A stretch of 64,000 bases of DNA from Gnetum montanum (taxonomy: Eukaryota > Plantae > Gnetophyta). Under the pieces are notes generated by a model. It was not told the origin of the DNA and searched no databases. It saw only the letters and a list, made by a program, of their open reading frames with translations. Shown here piece by piece: positions 25,950 through 39,700 of this stretch. The DNA lies in contig MNCI01000668.1 of NCBI GenBank assembly GCA_015680685.1, positions 1,110,715-1,174,714 of the forward strand, read 5' to 3'. Within the stretch, counting starts at the first letter, position 1. Each line of letters starts with the position of its first letter. The translations under genes and the position numbers were made by a program.

Positions 25950-26772
25950 TTCATTTATTTTTTGCTTGAACTAGGCAGGGCCGAGCAACGTGTGGCTGAG
26001 TGCATCAGGCGCAAAGAAGAAGGGACTCTGATCAGAAGCCAAGCTCAGATTGTGATGCTTGATACGTTGATTCTCCTTCATCATAAATCTGTCCATCAAG
26101 AATTGCAAAGCATTTTTCCGCACTCTCGAATTTTGATGTTCTCGGGGTCATCGGGGAAGCACGCAAGGGCAGGGGTGGCAAAAACCCTAATGATGAGGGG
26201 GGGGGGACAGTCACAGAGGCAACATTGCATAACAGCAATAACGGCATCCCAAGCCTCACTGGAAACCTCAGAGTCGTCAAGGAGGTGCAGTAGAATTTTT
26301 GATGAAAACTGGCAAGCACGGAATCTGACGGCCTTGCTGGCCGCGTCTGTGCAAAAAAGAATTCCTCCAGAAATGTGTCGCACTTTTTGTTCATGCCACC
26401 GTGGAACTATAGCTAGAGTAGCCCAAATCTAGAATAGAAACTCTACTGAATTTCATGTCGTCACTGGCAGCAAGTTTTGTAGCATTGCCGTCGCCATTGG
26501 TGCTTAGCTTGATCATCGTCGGCGGTGCCGCGGCGTCGAAAGTGGCGACAGCAACATGGGGGGTTGGAACAGAGGCCAAGACGTCATCATCACTATTTTT
26601 TTGTGGTTGTTTGTGATGTTTATTTTTGCAATGACTGGAACCGACGGGGACATTACGGAGGAGGCCATCAGCAGTCCAGTAGCATTGGCAGTTGCGGCAA
26701 AAGTGGTGCGGCTGGTTCACGTTGTAGTTGTTGTAGTAGCAGAACTTGATGTCGGTGCTATGAACATGGATA
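25950..26772 (-). pseudogene. Dof zinc-finger transcription factor pseudogene, CDF-like
   Basis: [48 protein letters not shown] at 26619-26763; CPRC remnant TAT CCA TGT T; downstream stops. Confidence 0.9.
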
Positions 26773-29663
26773 AAGGAGAAACCACATTTTGTTTGTCTTC
26801 ATTTAACCATATTTTGTGGTTAAATAGTAAATGAATGGTAGGCTTTTCTGCAATAGAGCATCATTATTTCTAAGTTTCACTGTCAACTCAGCCAGAGGCA
26901 GAGGATCAGCATAGTATACAATAGCCTTCCAAGTACAATTACAGTAATGAATGACTAGTTTCAATGGAGTCTCTTCTTAGAATCTCTATTTTCACTTTAA
27001 TAACTCTTCAAACGATACTTATGGCACAAACATCATCTTGTTGTTAATGTGGAAAAACACAATAGTTTGGAAAACTGAAATTGAAGATTGGAAAGTTGTC
27101 CCCAAATTTCAAGATTTTCATTAAAAATGTGAACAAGTCATTCAACTTTCTCCACCAAATACAGTGCATGCTCCACAACCACCTCCACAGCCAAGTTTTG
27201 TACTAGTGAGTCTTAAACTTGAAACTTTGCTGAGGAATGAGCAACTAGAAGACCCACTCCTGTTCCATGAAATGGCCAAAATGTGCCAACAGGCATATGT
27301 CCCAAGGGTTCTCCTAGTTTCATGTCTTAGCCCACCTATGAGGTGGCGCAGTTGATCCCATTGTGCATAATCATGGCCCAGGCAACGATGTTACAATGCA
27401 TAATATCGGCCCATGGTAGCATCCAATGGTTCATGATTACCCTACTTCCATCCTTGGATCTGGTTATGCAAGTTGGACACTCTAGAGTATGTTTGATACT
27501 TATCATTAAACAGCTCTAGCATCGTGCTCCACCTCCTAATGGTTTTCGGTTCTAAGGATCGGTACCAACTTTCTGCTTCCTTTATGAGTATCCTAGAAAA
27601 CAACTTTAACTTTTTCTACTCATTTTTGATATTCTGCAAGGCACAGGCATTGTGAAATGCCTATAAGTGATTTTGCAGATCAACGTTGTATCCCCTCTCA
27701 AATCGTGGGATATTATTCATGTATAGTCTCTTGATCTGGCTATCTTTTTGGTGCCTTGTAGGTATTCTAACTACCTCTATAATGTCTAACATGCTTCAGG
27801 TTGCAAGTAGGGGTTCATCATGATCATCTCTCTCATGAAATCTATGATGCCTATGTGGTTCCCTACTTTCCCTTATTTCATGCCTTGATTCCCTAGAATG
27901 CCCTTGTCCTCGCTCTCGACTCTCTCATTGAGGTCTCCCATTTTGCTTATCCTTACCCTTATCCTCACAGTTGGGCTCTTTGTGACTGCATCTAGATGTG
28001 GAAGGAGAGGGTGAATGATGTGATGAAGGGAAAGAAGAAGGAGAACCATTGCCATGATGATGTTTCTTACCTTCTCTTCAGTGGCTACGGCCCCGCTCGT
28101 GATGACGATAAGATTTTCCACCTTTGTCATGTGTTTATGTTCCCTCATCAAACACTTGGTGTTCATGGGAATCAGAAACAGGGTTGTGAATCGTACAGTG
28201 TAGGTTTTGATACCCTACCTCCTCACCATCATGAGGAGGGGGAACATCATTCTGTGGAGAACCTATTGAGATAGGTTCACCACCCTTAATTTCTCTTATG
28301 ACAGGTGAAGCATTGTGGGGTCCTTTGCCCTTCAACAATGTATGATAGCTCTCTTTCCTTGAGTCCCTTAAATGTTATACCACTGTGGGATGGTAATCCC
28401 TTGTGTCATAATCTTCTACAACATATTCAACATATAACTGTGTCATGCCTATCTATGCAAGAACATGAAGGAGCATGTTATGGACTGCCCGATTTGGGGG
28501 TAACACTATGTTACCTTGTAGGTCTCTCTAGCGCAGTTGTTCATCTTGGTGGAGGATAAAGGTAAAATTGGGTACATACTCATCATGATAAGTATATACT
28601 ACCCAATACTGTTGAGGAACTGGTGGTTCTTGGTTATGTATGTTGTGCCACCAATTGTCTCTAGTGTTGGTCCTAGGTAGTGAAGTGCTTTTGTGTAGAG
28701 AAGAAGACATCTTAGTTTAGTTCGGTGTGCTATTGACCATTGTTTAATTCCTTTTTTTTCTTCTGATTAACCCTAAGGGTTCGTTTAAGCTTCCCAACAA
28801 TGTGGATGATTTCCTATGTTCTACTTAGTGCACAAACAACTTAGTCCCTGGCAACGGTGCCAATGATGAGTGGTGAGGTATCCCTACACTCAACCATATG
28901 AATACAAGCGTTACACGCACGATACGGTCGACCTCCATAGACTAAGTGCTTACACGCCTTATGGAAAACCTAAGGTTAATCATTCATTTTCTTCCTAGAC
29001 TTACTTGTATTTGTCACGATTGTATGGTTAAGTAAGTCTGAGGTATGTGATTTTTATATATTTTATGCTTTTATCTTCTATGCTAATGACGGAAAGGGTG
29101 AAGAGACTAAGTAACTAGCTTTAACTAACTAAGTTCTAATGCCTAGCTTCAGTATTCATCCCACTTGTCGTTCACAACCTGAACCAATGCAACCTTCTAG
29201 GATTACCAAATGCTATTCGTTATTGGGATTACCAAGCGTAACGCATGTGCTCGAAGTGGTCGTACTGAATGCACTTAACTAGGAGTGTTGAGGGTTGAGA
29301 AAGATTAATTAATTAATAAAGCATTTAACCATTTAGCATTAATTAAATTCCTATTTAGCTTAGTACTTGCACTGCAAGGTTTATCCAAAATTTTGTCTTT
29401 ATTTCCATATACAAACTTGTGCTTAGGTACAATATTTGCTCGAATAAAGATCCGTTTACTTCGGGACTCCTACTGCGGGCACATGGAAATTATTCTAACT
29501 CTAGAATGGAAAAATGGTAAGACTTTGGCTACAGTCTAGACCTAGATGTAGAAACAAGGGAGAGCCACCTCGTATTTATAGATTTGGTGGCACGCTGCAA
29601 TATTGCGTATGCAATATTGTAGGGGAAGATGCGATATTGCGTATATGATATCGCATCCCATCA

Positions 29664-31340
29664 CTATCCCAACTTGACAATCTTTTGTTACTTGCCAAAC
29701 CATTTTCATTCATTGAGAAAAAAAAACTTAGATTGAATCTCCTCAACATGTTTTTCAAGTTCTAAAACACTATTTCTATCTATGGACATATTATTTACAA
29801 AATTTTTGAATGCCTTTTTCAAATTTACTTTTTTTTTCTATCCATCTTTCATCTACATTATTCTTAAATGCTTCAAATTGTTCATCCAATTTTTGAACAT
29901 CCTTGTTGTTATGTTGATGGGAAGATACTATACTTCTCTGTACCACATTTCTATTTGATTTCTTGGTGGTTGATTGAAATGTCTCAAGTGGCATCCTTAG
30001 CTATGATGCCTTTTCATAGCTTAGAAATTCATGAGGCATAAATGAATTTAGCTCTATAGGTATTTTTGAATCAAAATATCCATCTTTGAAGAAGAACTTA
30101 TATGCATTGTTATGTCCCTTAACTAATATCAATACTTTCATTGAATGCTTGCAAAAATTACTGAGGCTGGATCATCTATAATCACAAAAAATACTAAAGG
30201 AGAACATCTTAAACACCTTGTACCAAGTATCCCATTTCAAATAATTTTGACTACAAAAAAGATATTAATCTTCTTTATCTAGGACTTAATACATGGTTTC
30301 TAATAAATACCCCAAAATGTAACTTACTTCATCTTCTTCAACATTCATAGTGATTGCAACCCAATGATTGTTGGCATAGATTATTTGATATTCTCCTCTT
30401 AATAGTAAAAGAAGAAATTTGTGGTGCTTTGGTATCATAACCATGTACTAATTTTATCATGCTCACTTTGTTTGTATTCTAGTGTAACATCTTTGCATAT
30501 ATTATAAATGTACTTTTTTAGAAGAAAAATGTCTCTTTTCCACTTTGAATTCTTACCCTTCTTTGAATAAATCTTTAATGTATATCTCATAAATCATATC
30601 TACCAGAAATCCTTCATTCCATAATGACACTATTTTTTTATGTATGTTAGGGGAAATATGTATTGACTTAGCATCTGTACTATTTGACATCAGACCAAGC
30701 AAGCCATGACAATAAGCACCTGATGTGTTGACATGATTCATTTCTTTATATATAATGCATGTAACATACTCAGCACTATGCATAATGCAAAGTATGAAAT
30801 TACATTGACAATTAATCTTTCCACCAATCTTCTTTCTTTTTCTTCCTTTCCTAGGTGCCACCCCTATGATAACATTTGATACATACAAACAATAATAACT
30901 AATTCATCTGTATGTGTAGACATTAGGTAGTACTCTAATAACATGCATTATACATAATATTTAATAAACATTATTTAGGAATATGAAAATTCAAGAAAAC
31001 CTATCTTGTACAACAAGTATAGTGGTTTGATTAGGAGTGAGTTTCCTTTTCCCATTTCTTTTGGTTTTTATTCGTATGGAAAAATTCACATGAAAATATT
31101 TCATTTGTCTATTCACCTACTTTAAAATCATCTACTCTTTCTTTGTATATCGACGTAAAGGCATCATCATAGAAATAGGACCATCTTATTTTATTTTTTG
31201 AAAAGGTGTGAATTATTGGGTCTTGTATTTCTTATTTCCATGTTGTTTCCCAAAGACCAACATGCTCTCACCATCCTCGCATCTAGGGAAAAACATTTTT
31301 TGTCACTAACTCAAACAACAATATTAAAATCTACAAACAG
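29664..31340 (-). pseudogene. MULE-like transposase N-terminus plus Ulp1-like fragment, degenerate
   Basis: ERVDDFKVGE, KINCQCNF...IIYKEMNHVNTSGAYCHG (MULE N-terminal Zn region); QIIYANNHWVAITMN near 30345-30390; no DDE core seen. Confidence 0.55.
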
Positions 31341-31684
31341 TGTAATTGATAAACATGACTTAACAATTAAAATGAACATCAATATGTATCTTTAAAATCA
31401 CCATACACCTTGTTTCTAGTACTTCTCTTAAACTAGATGCAATGCTACAATATAAAACCTTGATTACTAGCTTTATTTGATTTGTGTAATGTATAGTATT
31501 ATTTTGGTGGGTGTCACATAATGCATAATGTACCCACTCACATTATAACAATCAAAACTATGAAGTAATCTATAACTAGCATACACATTGCATAAGATTT
31601 CAAGAAGCCTCCTAGCTACTAGAAGCTGGCATTCTCTCATTCTCTTTGGCTTCTGATTGAACAGAAACCTTATAGTAACATTAA

Positions 31685-34600
31685 ATACTATCCTACAAGT
31701 GGCTACATCTAGCACCCATCTCACAGTAGCTTCTAGAAGGATTCCAACAATTAGAAGCTACCATTTTTCTTAGCATTGCTACTTCCAGTTGATGCAAAGG
31801 ATTCCAACAATATTTTACAAAGGACTATATTGGACTACTAGTAGCAATTTATTTACAACTGCCTTCTAAAAGGATTATGCTTTAAGTGATTTGCACTTTT
31901 AGTGGAAACTGAAGCTTCTAGTCATGGGAGGCTCTTCTGGAGAGCATTTTACACAATCTTGTGAGTGGCTACATCTAGCAGTCCTCTCACAATAGCTTTT
32001 GGAAGGTTTCACATAATTGAAAGCTCACATTTTCCTTTGCATCCTTGCCTCCCATTAATGGAAAGGATTCTAGCAGTATTTTACAAAGGACTACAATGGA
32101 CTACTAGTAGCAATCTATCCACAGCCACCTTCGAAAAGTTTTCTGCTTTCGATGATCTACACTTTAGTGGAAATCGAAGCTTCTGGTCATGTGAAGCTCT
32201 TCTAAAGAGTGTTTTACACTATCCTACAAGTGGGTCCATCTAGCACTCCTCTTGCAGTAGCTTCCAAAAGGATTCATGAAATTAGAAGCTTGCATTTTCC
32301 TTAGCATCATTACTTTTGATTGATGGGAAGGATTCCAACTATATTTTATAAAGGATTGCAATAGATTGCTAGTAGCAGTCTGTCCATAGCCATCTCCAAA
32401 AAGGATTATGCTTCTAGTGATATGCACTTTAGTGGAAATCAAAGCTTCCAGTCATGGGAGGCTCTTCCAAAGATTGTTTTACACATTACATGAGTTGGTG
32501 TGTCTAGTAATCCTCACATAATAGCTTCCAAAAGGGTTTTGAAAACTAGAAGCTCCAATTCTCCTTAGCATCACTACTTTTGGTTGATGGGAAGTATTCC
32601 AACAATATTTGAGAATGGACTACAACTAACTACCAATAGCAGTTTGCCCACAGCCATCTCTAGAAAGGGTTCCCCTTCTAGTGATCTACACCTCAGTGGA
32701 AACTACAGATTCTAGTCATAGGAGGCTCTTCTAGAGAGTGTTTTACACTATCCTATGAGTGGGTGTGTCCACCACTCCTTTCACAATAGCTTCTATAAGG
32801 GTTCACACAACTAGAAGCTCAAAGTTTCCTTAGCATCGCTACTTCCAGTTGATGGGAAGGATTCCAACAATACTTTACAAAGGACTATGATAGACTACTA
32901 GTAGCAATCTATCTAAAACCACCTCTAGAAAGGATTCTACTTTTGATGATTTGCACTTTAGTGAAAATTGAAGCTTGCAATCATGGGAGGCTCTTCTGGA
33001 GAGTATTTTACACATGATATGAGTGGATGCATCTAGCAGTCCTCACATAATAGCTTTTGAAAGGGTTCAACAAATAGAAGCTTTCATTTTCCTTAGCATC
33101 ACTACTTCTAGTTGATCCAAAGTATTCCAACAATAGTTTACAATGGACTACAACTGACTACTAATAGCAGTTTGTCCATAGCTACCTTTAGAAAGGGTTC
33201 TGCTTCAAGTGATATGCACTTTTGTGGAAATCAAAGTTTTTGGTCATGGAAAGCTCTTCTAAAGAGTGTTCTACACTATCCTATGAGTGGGTGCATCTAA
33301 CACTCCTCTTATAGTAGCTTTTGGAAGGATTCATGTAACCGAAAGCTCACATTTTCCTTGGCATCACTACTTTTAGTTGATAGGAAGTATTCTAACAATA
33401 TTTTACAAAGGACTGTGATGGATTGCTAGTAGTAGTCTATTTGCAGTTGCCTCCAAAAAGGATTTTTCTTTTGGTGATCCATACTTTAGTGGAAATCAAA
33501 GCTTTCAATCATGAGAGGCTTTTATAGTTATTTTACGCTATCTTGTAAGAGGTTACGTCTCGTAGTCCTCACATAGTAGCTTCTAAAATGGTTCCAACAA
33601 ATAGAAGTTCCTATTCTCCTTAGCATTATTACTTCTAGTTGATGGGAAGGATTCTAGAAATATTTTACAATGGACTATGACTGACTACCAATGACAGTCT
33701 ATCTGCAACCACCTCCGGAAAAGGTTCTGCTTCTAGTGATCTACACTTTAGTGGAAATCAAAGCTTCCATTCATGGAAGGGTATTCCAAAGAGTCTTTTA
33801 CACTATCTTGTTAGTGGGTGTGTTTAGAACTCCTCTTATAGTAGCTTCCAGAAGGGTTCATGCAACTAAAAGCTTGCATTTTCCTTATCAGTACTACTTT
33901 TGGTTGATGGGAAGGATTCTAGCAATATTTTACTAAGGACTATGATAGAGTGCCAGTAACAGTCTATCTGCAACCACCTCCAGAAAGGATTCTACTTTTT
34001 GTGATCTGCACTTTAGTGAAAATCAAAGCTTCCAATCATGAAAGACTCTTCTGGAGACTATTTTACACATGATGCAAGTGGATACATCTAACAATCCTCA
34101 TGTAGTAGCTTCCTTATGGGTTTTAGCAACTAGAAGCTCTCATTTTCCTTGGAATCATTTCTTTTGAATAATGGAAAGGATTCTAGAAATATTTTACAAT
34201 GGACTAAAACTGATTACTAGTAATAATCTATCTGTAGCTACCTCTAGAAAGGCTTCTACTTCTGGTGATCTACACTTTAGTGGAAATCAAAGCTTCCAGT
34301 CATGGGAGCTTCTTCTAGAAAGTGTTTTACACTATCCTGTGAGTTGGTGCGTCTAGTAGTACTCTTGTAGTAGCTTGCAAAAGGGTTCATGTAATTGAAA
34401 GCTTGACTTTTCCTTAGCATCACTGCTTCTGATTGATGGGAAGAATTCCAGCAATATTTTACAAAGAACTATGAGGGATTGCAAATAGTAGTCTATCCAC
34501 AACCACATTTAGAAAGGATTCTACTTTCGATGATATGCACTTTAGTGGAAATCAAAGCTTCAAGTCATGGGAAGCTCTTCTAAAAATTATTTTACACATG

Positions 34601-34875
34601 ATATGAGTGGGTGCATGTAGTAGTCCTCATGCAGTAGCTTCCAAAAGGATTCCAACAATCGAAAGCTCTCATTTTCCATAGCATCACTGCTTCTAGTTGA
34701 TGGAAAGGTTTCCAACAATATTTTACAATGGATTGCAATTGACTACTAGTAGCAGTCTATTTGTAGCTGCCTCCAAAAAGGGTTCTACTTCTAGTGAACT
34801 ACACTTTACTTGAAATCAAAGCTTCTAGTCACAGAAGGCTCTTCCAAAGAGCTTTTTGTAGGAACTGTGAGTGGA
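31685..34875. repeat. Tandem array, ~12 units of 264-265 bp with dimeric higher-order pattern
   Basis: Marker CACTTTAGTGGAAA recurs near 31896, 32160, 32425, 32690, 32954, 33218, 33483, 33745, 34009, 34273, 34538 and 34802. Confidence 0.95.
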
Positions 34876-36408
34876 TGAATTTCATAAGATCATCTAAAAC
34901 ATCAATTTTCCCATGTGCTATGACATACTACAAGTAGGTTCATTCTCGCAATTTGGGTTGTGAATAAATGTAGATCACATTTTTTCATGTTCATACATAG
35001 ATGGTTGAATGAACATCATGCATCCCAATCATGGATATATTCATGTCCATCATAGTTGCATCACTACATACATGGTCCACCAATCATATCATAGATTTAT
35101 TTACATCCTAAAGAGCACAAACATAACCATTTTTAGGGGTCAATATATGCATGATGCACTAAAATATTGGCATCATGATTATGTTATATTTTGATAAAAT
35201 TGTAATGAACAATGAGCACATATGATGCATGCACATTTTGGTTTAATTTTTTAAATTTTTAGAAGAGCAAAAGCGATGTGACTAAACATGTTGCTTATGA
35301 AACTAAATGGCATGATTAATCATGCCCATTCTTTTATTTTAAATGTTACATCACTTCTCCAATAACTATATTTTGAATAAAATATTACACATGGCATTAG
35401 GCTTATGACAACAATAAAATATAAGTTGCTTAATCTTACTCACTCCATTAATCATATCACTTTTAATGGTATTTCTTATGGTAAAAAAATTGGTTGATTA
35501 GGTACCACAAAACAAAGTAGTTAGAGATGGAGAAAGCACTATAAAGAATAAAAGTAAGAAGTGTTTATCTTCATAAGGTGACCATCAAATATCCAAGTAG
35601 ACAAAAGGTCTTGATGATGGTAATGGTAGTAAATATAGTAGCTAGTTGTAAGTGGTCATTCTTAGGAGATCTATTATAATTATGGTTATGAGGAAAATGT
35701 TTGACAAAAAAAACTTAACTACTATAATAATGGTGTGTTAGGTGACAAGAAAAAAGATCGTGTTAATATTTAAAGGTAATATTTCTAGGTTTCTATGAGA
35801 TGTTGATATGTGAGCAAATCATTCAATGATTAATCTTGATTTTTTAAGTTAGTTAAATCCTTTTAGGAATTTTTTTTTGATTATTTCACAAACTAGATTT
35901 ATAAGACTATTGTTAATGGTTAATCTTTATCTATCAGTAAACTTTTATAACTTTAATGATGAGTTTAGAAAAGTAAAATGTAATTTATGATTTAGTATTT
36001 GTTGACAAAGTGTGATGAGTGTCTAAATATTTCAACAAATCATAAGTTACATTTTAGTAGTTCCAACACCCCATCTTAATATTTTAGTAAAATGATATCT
36101 AATAAATTTCAGCATTAAAGTTCTAATAATTTAGTAAAATATCATCATTATGCTATTTATGTAATAATTTTAAAGTTCAAATGATATTTATGTAATATTT
36201 TATTAGTAAAATGTAAATATTTCAACATATCATTTGAATGCATAAAACTCAAGTGATGCATAAGTTAACTTTGTGTACCTTGGTATAGGTTAGTGATGTA
36301 ATCCTAACTTGATATCCCTCTAACACTTCTATGAATTAAACCTATTAAAGTTATAACTTATGTAATGGATGATGTCTTGTGGTATTCTTAAGTTGCTGAT
36401 TAATGAAT

Positions 36409-36716
36409 AATGAGGTATTAGCCTAGTGGTACAAGTCTTGGCCTAGTAATCCTAACTTACAAGTTCAATTCTACTAGGTAGCACTGAGTTATAAACTTCT
36501 ATAAATATTTGGTTGTACCTATGTTTCTATTATTTTAGGTTCCAACACCCCATATTAAGCTTCTAATTAATTAATGTGATGCTTTGATGCATAATGGTTA
36601 TTTATTTTTATTGAATGCTAACTTGTATTATCATGCAACAATGAGGTGTTACCCTAATGGTGTGGGTCTTGGCTTAGTAACCCTAGGTCATAGGTTTGAT
36701 TCTACTAGGTAGCATT
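36409..36716 (+). repeat. Two tandem tRNA-like/SINE-head-like copies
   Basis: A-box TAGCCTAGTGG and B-box GTTCAATTC in 36409-36485; degenerate second copy 36640-36716; both end CTACTAGGTAGCA. Confidence 0.45.
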
Positions 36717-39700
36717 AAGTTGGAGTGTACCTATGTTTTAATTATTTTGGATTCCAATACCTCTTTCCATATTTATGATATTTATCTCAAAAATATTCAA
36801 TGAAATTTGTAATTTATTTTGCCTACTTTATCATGATGTCTAACTTTCCCCTCTATTCTTCTCATAAATTCAACAAGAGCTATTAGAGGCATCAATAATT
36901 CCCAACTAGATGAATAGGTTATGAACTAGTAAATAACTTATATTATAGTTCTAGATTTTTGTTTTAGTTATATACTTTTTAATACCATTTGGTACTTAAG
37001 CTTTTAGTTTACTAATTTAGTACCCTTTGGTTGGTATAGTATGTGGTTCTATTTACTTGTCTTTAGTGCAAGCCATTACTAATTACTTTACATGTTGTTT
37101 ACTTTCTACTTTGGAGTTATCATGAAGTTGTAACATTTTGAACTATTATTCATGCTTATGTGGACTTTTTAAAAATTACTTCGTGTTCTAGTATTTTATA
37201 TTTTAATGATAGAAAGGTTGATGGATCCCAAAGAATAAATATATTAAAAATAAAATTTGAAAGTGAAAAAGTATAGAAGTAGTGGAGAAACTCCAAAACA
37301 ACAAAAAGAAAATGCACAACAATTTTGGAGATGCCTTTTTAGGTTTTCAACCTTACAATTAATCTTGAAAAATCATCCCTCTCTAGTAGGAAAAGGATCA
37401 GACATTGCTCTCATTTAGAAGCACCCAAATGCATTTTCACTTTCTACTAAAGGCCTCTTTTTAATAAAAAACATAAAGAGAAAAACATTGAGAAATTTAG
37501 TTGAAGCATCAACTATTAAATGATGTTACCTTGAATTGATAGTGGAAGAAAATTAGCTGGAACATCTTTGTAAAAAACATGCTTCAGTTATCTTGGTTGG
37601 TTATATTTCTAATTTTACTTATTCAATTATGGATATGGCATTTTTCATAAGTATTAAGATTTAACATGCTAGAACTATTTAGTGGACAAGGTAGGATTTG
37701 CATCCAAGGGCTATTATTAATATTTATTGATCCGTTTTACTTCTCCCTTGAGAGTTTTTATCCAAATGATTTACTTTAGCATGTTCTTTTGGGTTTTTAT
37801 TCTCCAAGTGTTATTATTTCATTTATTACTATTAATTTCTAATAATTTCATTTTTGTTAGCATTTATCTTTACAAGGGCCACCACATAAAGTGATGCCAT
37901 GATGCTTTTTTTCTTAAGTCATAAGACCTTTATTTGAGCCTAGACATAGCCACACAAAAGAGTTTATACTTTCACTCATCTATCATCCTTTGAGGAATCT
38001 ACCTTTGTAGAATTAGAATTTACCCTTTTTGTGATGATTCTTTTAGCATTTATCTTTATGTGATAGTTTACTAGCCTAAGATTAGGTTATGAGATGTTAC
38101 ACCATCCCTAGTTTGAATGACTACAAATACAACTACAAATAAATGTTGCAAAATATTCAAATCATCACAATCTTTAGGTTGTAATATGGTAGTATGTTGT
38201 ACTAGTGTCATACAGATTTGTATTGTACTTGATATGCATAGGTATTTATGTTATCTCAAAGTATTTTTGATCCAATCTAGTGGTCAATTTTCATCAATGA
38301 GTACATGTCTATTGATTCATAGGAAAAAATGACCATCACATTTCTAGTAGTGTGCTTAATCCATAATCAAAATAACATGTCAATTTCCATGATGTTTATC
38401 ATCAATTCCAACATTATTATTAAGGTTTCTTTACATTCAATAGAAGTTTTGTAGTTTGATAAAATCAATTAAGTGAAATGATGCAATATCCTATCTACAA
38501 TATCATAGCTCTTCTTACATCATCGTACATATGATGTACTAGGCCTTGGACATGACTATAAATACCAATCCACCATCACATCATTAGAATAAATTTTATG
38601 CAACACTTAGCAAAATTCTTGTAGTTGCTTTCCATGAGTTACACTTAGAATTAGAGTTAGAAGTGAATGCTTGTAGTGTGGTAACTAATAGTTGTACAAA
38701 GTCTTATTCAAGTGGATTGTACCTATACATAATTCATGACCAACAATAAAGATCAAGATTATTTCTTACCATTTCAGCATTCTACTTATTACTTAGATTA
38801 ATTTTACTTTTAAGAATGTTTACTTTTATGTCATTTACATTTCTTGAGCATTTTACTTTACTAATGTCCCTTAGTAAGGTGGTATAAGTATGACTTGTTT
38901 CAAGCATTAAGTGTAATCATTTGGTAAGTAGTGACTTCACTTGATTTTCTTAGTAGTGAATTTACTTAGTAATCCTAGTAATGGTTACATGATCCTAGGG
39001 CATGTATGACAAGATAAGAATGGATGCTTATTTCCATAGGTTGGGATAGATTTACATTTTTTTATCACTTAGATTCAAATTTTATTCTCATGTTTCATTA
39101 TGGAAGCACTTAGGATTAATTTGACCCAACAACATCATGATATCATATGCCTTATCAAGAGTTAAACCATACTACTCACACTTCACTACCTAAATGTGAG
39201 AAGACAATGATCATGAACTAACTATCAGCACTAGCATACCTACATTGTTCATCCATGGATTATGATCTAGTTATGTGCATACAATCTTGACTTGTATGAT
39301 GGAGTGTTAGAATACCCAACTACTCATCATTGGTGTCGTTGCTAGGGATGTATCAATTTTTTCTTAGTAGTTGATTTTATAGAGTTCATTGTATTAAAAA
39401 TTACAAAGTTTGTCTTTCACACTTAAATTAATTCTTTTAACACACAAATACTTAAAAGCATCAAAAACATAGTACGGATTCTACAATTAAGGAAAAATGA
39501 CCACCTACTAATAAAATTCATAAGAGTCATGACAAAGGATATGATGAAGAAGATTAGAGTGTGCGCATGCAAACTAGAATCATCTATGCTCATACTAATC
39601 TATATTATCCTAATTTTACATTTTTCTTTTACTAGGATGAACAACTAAGATGAAGAGATTTACAAGCTAACATCATTTTGTATCCAAAATGTTCTATGCC

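Larger units (their letters stand above)
24184..27291 (-). mobile_element. TSD-bounded LTR-like insertion containing a Dof pseudogene and a nested LTR end (25031-25708); spans an assembly gap
   Basis: Ends TGTTGGC...GCCAACA; flanks GGAAT/GGCAT (4/5 match); host gag frame rejoins when the insert is removed. Confidence 0.7.
23638..29663 (-). mobile_element. Athila-like element, 5' portion (LTR 28864-29663, PBS, gag), interrupted at 24184-27291 and not traceable left of 23638
   Basis: LTR TGATG...CCACTCATCA homologous to 39940-40923; PBS TGGCACCGTTGCCAGGGA (tRNA-Asp type) 28845-28862; gag reads LIGGLRHETRRTLGTYA|QGRLLELR across the insert and ends with YDHPKGCCP. Confidence 0.85.

Noticed and set aside
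25878-26834. Plus-strand ORFs of 184, 74 and 92 aa
   Set aside because: Antisense shadows of the GC-rich Dof pseudogene
31685-34875. Array as CRISPR or as a repeat protein (LRR-like) gene
   Set aside because: Units are full-length homologous with no unique spacers; a 265-bp step shifts frame and stops are frequent
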